DNA of 57,220 nucleotides, the filler included, from Sphacelaria rigidula (taxonomy: Eukaryota), in the NCBI GenBank assembly GCA_964200075.2. It is 3 parts of 3 records of this genome, joined end to end, with 100 filler letters (N's around TTAATTAATTAA, not from the genome) between each part and the next. Parts side by side here need not be neighbours in the genome. Positions count along the whole stretch, not along the records: positions 38,216 to 57,220 come from CAXNAA020000750.1; 2 more parts are not named here. One strand, 5' to 3'. Shown here piece by piece: positions 49,951 to 57,220 of this stretch (position 1 is its first letter; each line of letters starts with the position of its first letter). The translations under genes and the position numbers were made by a program. The notes under the pieces were generated by a model. That model searched no databases, was not told the origin of the DNA, and saw only the letters and a program-made list of their open reading frames with translations.

Positions 49951-50733
49951 GACTCCTTCCACGTGTTAACCCGTTTTTTTTGTTTTTGCGTGGTACAGCA
50001 TGAAGCCTTTGTGCACGGTTGTTGGCGAAAATCCTATACCTAACGGAGATGGCGTCTATACTAAAATCTATATGAAACCCCCGATCGATGCATTCAGCGG
50101 ATGATCTCTGGAGCAAGGGGAGACGATAGATACCCTCAACTTCACCTAATTCGTCATCTATCCCGAGATATGGTGCACATACGTTTCCATAGTAAAACCA
50201 ATATACTACGAGCAGAGGCACTAGATGCCCTAAATTTGGATATCGCGTCTCCGATTTCGATAGTTGTTCCATAAAATTTCGTGTGGTGAACCGCTAGTGC
50301 ATAATAAAAAAATAAAAACAGCTTGTTACGTTTTTTCATTATTTTTAGCTTTTCGTGTCTTCAGGGGTGTTTTGAGGAGAAATGAGATTGCTCGTTGGCC
50401 TTATCTCAATGGTTTAGCTAAATTTTCAGAATTGTGATTTGAAAGTTAGCATGGAGAACCACAAACGTGTGTCCAATAAAAAGAAAGGGCGTTCCTTTAT
50501 TTTTTCATTATAGATGTTAGGGCGTTCTCGTGAAGAAATGGTCTTTACCATGATACTAGGACGCCCTCAACCAGTGAAATCAAAATTGAAAAAAACCTGA
50601 TCCACTGAGTGTTGTTAATTGTGCCTTAGAGAGCGCCCACAGAAAATTTCAATACACGAAAACCTAACGTGGGCCGGTGAATGGCCTTCGAAATACTATT
50701 CCGATTTTTTCCGGTCCGGTTCTTAAAAGGCGT

Positions 50734-50988
50734 TTGCTCACCCCAATATATAGAGTTAGAGCGTAAAATTTGGTATGGATAATGCATGGGGCATTATAAA
50801 AAAAATACGTCGGTACCAAATCTTTTTTTTCATGAGTTAAGGGCAATAATCAGTTTCCAGGTATCAGCAAAATGCCCTCAACTCATGACAAGAAAAACAT
50901 TTTGGTACCGACGCATTTTGTTTTTTAATGCCCCACGCATTGTCCATACCAAATTTTACGCTCCAACTCTAAATATTGGGGTGGGCAA
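50734..50988. repeat. Long inverted repeat (~112-bp arms, ~27-nt spacer)
   Basis: 50734-50845 pairs with 50873-50988. Confidence 0.88.
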
Positions 50989-53334
50989 GCCCATGTAAAC
51001 TTCAAATCCGCCTCTAGGCTGGCCCAGCTCGTGAGAGAAGAATAAGTGGAATGAGCATATATCAACCATCGGAACATTCATTTAATCAATGCCCCGCTTC
51101 ACGTTGGGAAGGTTGTGCATATCTGTAGTACATGATGTAATGCATTCCAAAACAGTTTCTCCGAAAAAGACGTTGAATGAGACGATAGGGTACTGAACCA
51201 TCACGATTCCAAGGAACCATTTATCGGCGTTTTTGTTTTTCGGGATATACATCCAACGACTATCTCGTCGAAATTTGAGCCTTTGACCACCAGACTTAAG
51301 AATCATCAGGGGCATGCAGTAACGTTTCAAGGGAACATGAAAACGCTGACTCTCGATCGAATGCTATACTCTCGGTCTCACGAAAACCTTGTAAAAACCG
51401 GAAATGAGGATTTTTGCATCTAGGCAGCACCCGACGAAGACGCGACGGCTTCACAGCCATCACGTGACAGCTCCAACGCTGTGTAGACAGACGGACAACA
51501 CTGCGCTCCGACCCCAAATCTGCACAGACTGGAACACAGCAAAACTGTCCTGTATCCGAAACTGCCCCAAAAATGACAAGAAATACTTCACCTCTACATC
51601 CCATGGGCATCACCTGTCTTCGGCACAATCTAACGATTCAGCCCACTCTTCTTGTGCCTCTCACCAGGATTACACCCCTTGTGAACGAAAATTTGGTCTA
51701 GCTCAACTTTATTTGCACACGTGAGACCTCGCCAACCACTGTACCCTAACATGGCCAGCGACAATGAAGTATACCTTTCCGATCACTCCCACTTAATCCA
51801 TAGTATCTCAATTGCAACCTCCACTAGATCACTTGCCGTCACGTACTCCGCTACTCCACAGTCGACGGAAACAACAGCGACCACGTTTAGTGAAAAAGGT
51901 GCGTACGTATCTCCCTTCACAAATACCACGGTTATGTTACGATACACAGGGTACCCTGCTCGAAACACTTGGTTCGTGTTTCGGTCACTGTCTCGGTGAC
52001 ACGCGGATATGATCAACCCGCATCCCATCAACCGCTTCTCAATGCAGCATAAGGGTGAACGTGCAGCTACAGCTGTAGTGAAGTAGATTTGGGGAGATGA
52101 AAAGCGCGACGCTATTGAGTTTTGCCTGATTCATGCTCTTACCATCACCTCGGAAGGTGGCGTGGCGTACAGCGTAGTAACACCTGAGGATGTCGAGAAA
52201 AATGCGAAAACGACATCTAGTAGGACATGGAATCGGGAGATTTGGAGACAAACAGTCAAGTGGTTACAGATACCTGCGCGCGGCAGAAACTCTTGAAGAG
52301 ATATTTCAATCGATACAGGCTTCGACCCTGCAGGCCTCATCCAACTTAAAACTGAATCAACTGAGTGACGCAGGAGTACTATCGTTTATATCATAAGTGA
52401 GAGAAGTTCAAAGACCACAAAAATGACACCTCTACCACCTCGTACAAAGTTTTCATCTTCCGCGCAGCACTGTGACTGCTATTGGTCGGGTCTATCTTAC
52501 CCTCCCTTAAAAAGACAAACAACTACATATTCGCCGTTACATATGGCGGAAGTGTTGTACTTGAACAATACTGTTAACATCGGACACGAGGGCAAGCGAC
52601 AGGGAAAAAAAGGGAACGTGGCCATCAGACGACTGAGACACCCGCGAGTGAAGCGACTGAACAACCACCAGAGTCAAACCTACAGGCTAAATTGATTGAT
52701 GGAGCGAAGGCAAGCTAGACGAATCACCGACTAATCACCCGAGTAACAAAAAGAAGGTCTTCGCAGAAGAAACCGAGAATAGAACACCATAATAATGGAG
52801 CCTGAGAATACACTGTCGTCCGCATTCCGGCAAAAAAAAACATATTTTTACTCCTCACTATAACCGAGCTTGGGAAGTACACGGACAAAAATAAAAACAT
52901 GCAAGGTGCATACCCCTTCGCCACGAGCGTCCTCTAGTAGTGAGTAACAAAGGCAATAGCAGGTACTACAACAGAGAAAAGGGCCAGCAACAAGCACGGA
53001 CACAAACACAACAGAAGAAAACAAACGCCACCTATCGTGTCAGTACAAGGAAGATGTAATGCATACGCTGGTACGATAAAGCCGAAGACATCGACCGAAC
53101 GGCTAGGTCGAGCAGCGCGGGTAAGCTCCATCGCCGTTTCATACTAAAGCCCTTCCTGCTAAAAGGTAGCATCCTTGTGTTGTGTGCATCAGGCAGTACA
53201 GACATTGAGAACTCAGTGTCCTATCCATCTCTGTCCGACCCCCGCCAGAAACGTTTCCGATTGTCGAACGATGATTGGCCCGGCAGCGAGAGGATGTGCC
53301 GGCTGTTTCCCCCGCTCGTAGTCATGATCGAAAC

Positions 53335-54479
53335 TCACTCATCGTCCTCCGGCAACGGTCCGCAGTCGTCGGGGAACACATTGGGGCAAAACTGATAGGA
53401 CGGGTCGGCAGCAGCGGGAAGTGAGACGAGATGCAGGCGTTGACGAGATCTAAGTCGTGATATGCGATGGACTTACGAGCAAAGGAACACACGGCAATTG
53501 CGCCTTCGCCTTGCCGCTGGCAAAAAGAAAATTGTTCATATTTGTCGTTCCCGCCTTCCGTGTTCTACAGCTTAGAGCTGCTCATTGCCAAAAGAAGAAG
53601 GGAAACTATATATATACGCAGTACAGAGCCTCGTGCGCGGTGCGCTGCACAGCGGCACCTGCCACCACAGAATGGGTTGCATTGAAGGTAAGTAAAACAC
53701 AACGAAATGCACTGCTTCGATCATCGACAGAAAAGACCTTCTCCGCCCTCACGGGGGAACAGCTCGTGCCGACAACCTTTGGAGCAGGCCATCATGCACT
53801 TGATGCGGTATATTCGCACGAATCCAAACGCGTTGAAAGCGATCGGTGAACGCTCCAGCAGCATAGCTACTACGCTACTATGCTACTGGAAGCAGCCGTG
53901 GCGCCCTCGGTGTAGAGTCCGTGCAGGTTAGGAAAACCTCCGTTACTGCACGGCGAGTATTTAATTGGTTTTGACATTTCACACTTTGCAGAACTCTCAA
54001 CATGCTCCAGAAGTATGTTACTGCATGCTCACATTGCGCTTCAAGCATTACGACATGTGTGTGTTGCAGAGGTGGGGCACGGGTGTCGAAGTAAAACGCG
54101 ACATCATGGATCTGAAAAATACGCTATTATAGTAAAAATGTCAAAAGTACGGCGAATTACTGTCCTTGGGGGGGGGTGTACTCATGATCATGCTTACTGT
54201 CCTTGGGGGGGGGGCGTGATTATTGCGTGAGTTTTGCGCAAATCGCGATTGGTCATGTATACTATGGCCATTGGTAGTGATCACTTGCGACGCAAGGAGT
54301 ACTGTACATCCGATGTATCCAGTGGAAAGCGTCTCACGTCGGCATCGTTGCCCTCGAACACGGTGTCAGATGGGTACGTCGTGGTAGTCACAATGGGATC
54401 TTCTTCGCGTATGTTGTTGTAGATAGCCGCACCGTTCTCGTAGGCTCGATTGCCGGTGAATGTGGTGGACCCCGTGAGC
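53335..54479 (-). CDS. 3' exons (54479-54338, 53391-53335) of a Pmp-like/adhesin-like right-handed beta-helix repeat protein
   Basis: Exon xLTGSTTFTGNRAYENGAAIYNN..YPSDTVFEGNDAD has FxxN and GAAI motifs and CAG/GTGAG boundaries. It splices in phase 0 to a terminal exon FCPNVFPDDCGPLPEDDE*. Upstream exons were not found. Confidence 0.68.
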
Positions 54480-54714
54480 CTGGTACGATTACGACGACGG
54501 CAGCGGCGACGGGAACGGGTATCAATGAGTACTGGACAGTCTCGCATATTGCCATTCCAACGGGCGCCGGGTGCCACTCATCGAAATTACGCTGTAGTTA
54601 TCAGATCTTTGACCTCGCGTCCCAAACATTGCGGGGCTGAGCGGTATACTCTGTTTTCGGCGGGCCAGCCTGCAATCCGAGATGACCACACACATTTTAT
54701 GAGAGTGGGCAGGA

Positions 54715-55211
54715 CGAGATCATGAGTGCCGTACTCGTAGTCGTATTGACCATTGATCTCAAATCCCCACTAAGCCGGGACAGAGCACGCCGTGTTTTCG
54801 TCGGACCAGGCTCGCAATCAATCACCCAGCGCCAAGCGCCGTAATGCGTTCGGCGCGTCGCAAGGCGGGTAAGCTGCATCCTAGTACTAAGATTGTTCGA
54901 CCCGAAGCGTACTGATTATCTTGAATTTGGATGACAGCCTACAATGAGTTGCTTCATCTTCTGGTTTCGCCACTTCCAAAGGCAGTCACGGGCTACAAAC
55001 TGCCTCATGGGTGTCTCACCATGTGAACACTACGTAGTATGACCATTCCCTTGGTGCGGTATCGAGGTTCTCCTGCCCCGCAGAATATGATCTAGTTATA
55101 CCACCATCATGGTTACTGCAAGAACAACGCAAGCGAAGAAAACGGTTACCTGGTTGCCTAGCTTACGCAGTGAGTGGCGTGTTTTACAGCGTCGTTGGTA
55201 ACTGACGCCAA
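54715..55211 (-). mobile_element. Long copy 2 of the same interspersed element
   Basis: For example CCTGGTTGCCTAGCTTACGCAGTGAGTGGCGT is the reverse complement of ~2899-2930; homology continues to GATCATGAGTGCCGT near 54720. Confidence 0.85.
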
Positions 55212-57220
55212 CCCGGGAACGAGGTGGGGCGGATATTTGGGGCGTACTCATTTGTTGCTCGCCTTAGTCGTTTGAACATTGACCACGCATCCATTTCGAG
55301 ACGGAGCACGAACGAGGTGGGGGGGAAACACACACTGCACAGTTCGACGAGCAGAGGAAAAAGGTGTAATTTGTATGCCAGGTGGAGTACAGTGGAGTAC
55401 TGGTACAGTGCTTCGATAGTGCAGCTAATAATCGCTGAAATATACATTTTTCAGAACTTCACAACTCCATCAATTGCCTGCACCTGCAAGGCTTGATCAC
55501 AGCTCTGAAAACGTGGAGGATGACTCTCACCTGGAATTACCCAGGCATTCTGAGAAAAGGCGCGGGGGGGAGGGGGGAGAGGAGAGGGATGGTCCGCTGG
55601 ACAAAGGTATATCACCCCTCGAGACACGCACGAGTGCCTTGAGTAGAAACGTGAGTGAGTGCTTCAACGCGGATGAGAAGACCAAAAGCAATAAAGCTTC
55701 AACCCTTGCACGAACAGGAGGCGCAAAACATGCTTACGTTTCGAACACCTCACAGGAATAATAGTCCTGGTGTCTTGGATGTCGGTAGTTCAAGGTTAGA
55801 ACGAACGAAAAAGACGCGAAACCAAATCAAACGGGATCGAAATGCGACGGCATCCCACACGCCCCCACGAGAGGAATATGTGTCTATGTTTGTTTTCATT
55901 AAGAAGAAGCGCCATTTTGAGCAACAAGAGAACTACGTGTCTGAGTTAGAATGGTGCCCCAAGGAACGGGTCATGTTGGATCCCGCGCGGACACGTGTTC
56001 AAGTGCCCCGGAGTGAATGACAGTGCTGTGCAAATAATCACTTCTACATTCGAGCAGTCTGAACCCAGCCTGACGTTCACCCGTTAACATCCTACCCTGG
56101 ACGCACGGATATAAAAACTGTCTCATTCAGATGTTTGGGTCTGAGACATGTGGCGAAAACAAAACCAAAATATTCGGATTCCTTCGTTTCGACCCGACGT
56201 TTGGATGTCGAACCTCACCCATTGAAAGCTCTATCGTGGGCGTTTGCGGCGGACGTTGGAATCAGGGAGCAGAAAAATCATCGCTCCAAGAGCCAACACT
56301 GGGCCTAAAAGCCCCTTTCTGTGTGGTCGACATGTTACGTGCGATACCGGCCATGCCTCATTGAGACGTCTGTACACGATGCAGGATACAAACGGCATGC
56401 TGACGAGATGAGCAATCGCCTTGAGATCGTTCGACGTCGTCGTATCGTACAGCACAAGCCGAGAAGACTACAACTACACGTCATCCCAGACACACCGTCA
56501 CGACACTTGAGAGTCCGAGCAACAACACGAAACCCTTGCCTGCCCCGACTTATCAAGGTTGCAGTGGACCCCACTTCGCGACATCAGAAGAACGAAGTCA
56601 AGCCACTGCTCGCTCCAACTTGTCGTTGCGTGCCAGAGGATGGCACTTTGCACACAGAAAAATCGCAACAACCGTTTCGAATTTCGGCGGATGAAGTCGA
56701 TGACTCATAAACAAGTACATATTGACGCAGAACTGTCTACCGTCGAATCAGCCTACGCGAGTGCGAAAAACATATTCGCGTCTGCCGGCAAAAATCAAGT
56801 GAAACAGAGCAGGCAAGAAGAAGGTGGGTCACATCCAGTATTTAAATCGTGAAAATGCACCACCAGCTGAAAAGGGGGACGTGAACATCTATGTGTAGCT
56901 ATCCAGCCCCAGATTGTATTTTAGTCAAGTCATACAAGCCGGGATATCCTCAGATAAGAGGCACATTTCGTGATCAATTTGTTCTACCAGAAACTCGAGT
57001 AGGGTTTGTACCGCACTCACATGACGGCCGTGCGTTTTCCTGAGGTTGACTCGCACTTTAACCGACATCCGGCAAATAACGGCCAACATACGATAATATA
57101 TAGCCTGTTCTCCGGCCTCGGCCCGAGCGCTGAGGCCGGTTCAGGCTGGCTGACGGCAGCGGCCCAAGGAAAGAGGCAGCAACTTGGCTAGTACGGAGTA
57201 TCTGTGATATCTACTGTCAA

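Noticed and set aside
52934..53131. IVPAYALH peptide as the TMEM208 C-terminus
   Set aside because: Wrong strand relative to exon 1, no other conserved motifs, and it lies in the likely 3'UTR of the Pmp-like gene.

Overview
Eukaryotic nuclear DNA, intron-rich and repeat-rich, most consistent with a brown alga (Ectocarpus-like Phaeophyceae). That assignment is an inference from short GT-AG exons in long introns, an interstitial (CCCTAA)n run, a Pmp-like repeat gene and the transposon content. Two artificial 100-nt scaffold linkers (N44-TTAATTAATTAA-N44, at 19009-19108 and 38116-38215) split the window into three contigs. Host genes read from the sequence: (1) three exons of a bacterial-type uL13, probably mitochondrial (+, 3424-10288, 5' exon not found); (2) a 16-exon WDR59/Sea3 (GATOR2)-like gene (-, 36144 to ~19914, 3' end not found before the gap) with a probable GC-AG intron; (3) exon 1 of a TMEM208/Snd2-like gene, head-to-head with WDR59 (265 bp between the start codons); (4) the last two exons of a Pmp/adhesin-like gene (-, 54479-53335). 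The rest is mostly mobile DNA: a decayed near-full-length Copia with ~94% identical LTRs, a 3'-truncated Gypsy-like element with a very large Gag ORF, two RTE-like LINE fragments, Tc1/mariner-type MITEs, a tRNA-like SINE, several hairpin elements, and a ~0.5-kb non-coding element ending in poly(C) present as 6 full or truncated copies. I found no CRISPR array, rRNA or complete tRNA, and no convincingly novel multi-gene system. The best leads are the poly(C)-tailed element, the fold-back hairpins, the giant Gag and the GATOR2 subunit.
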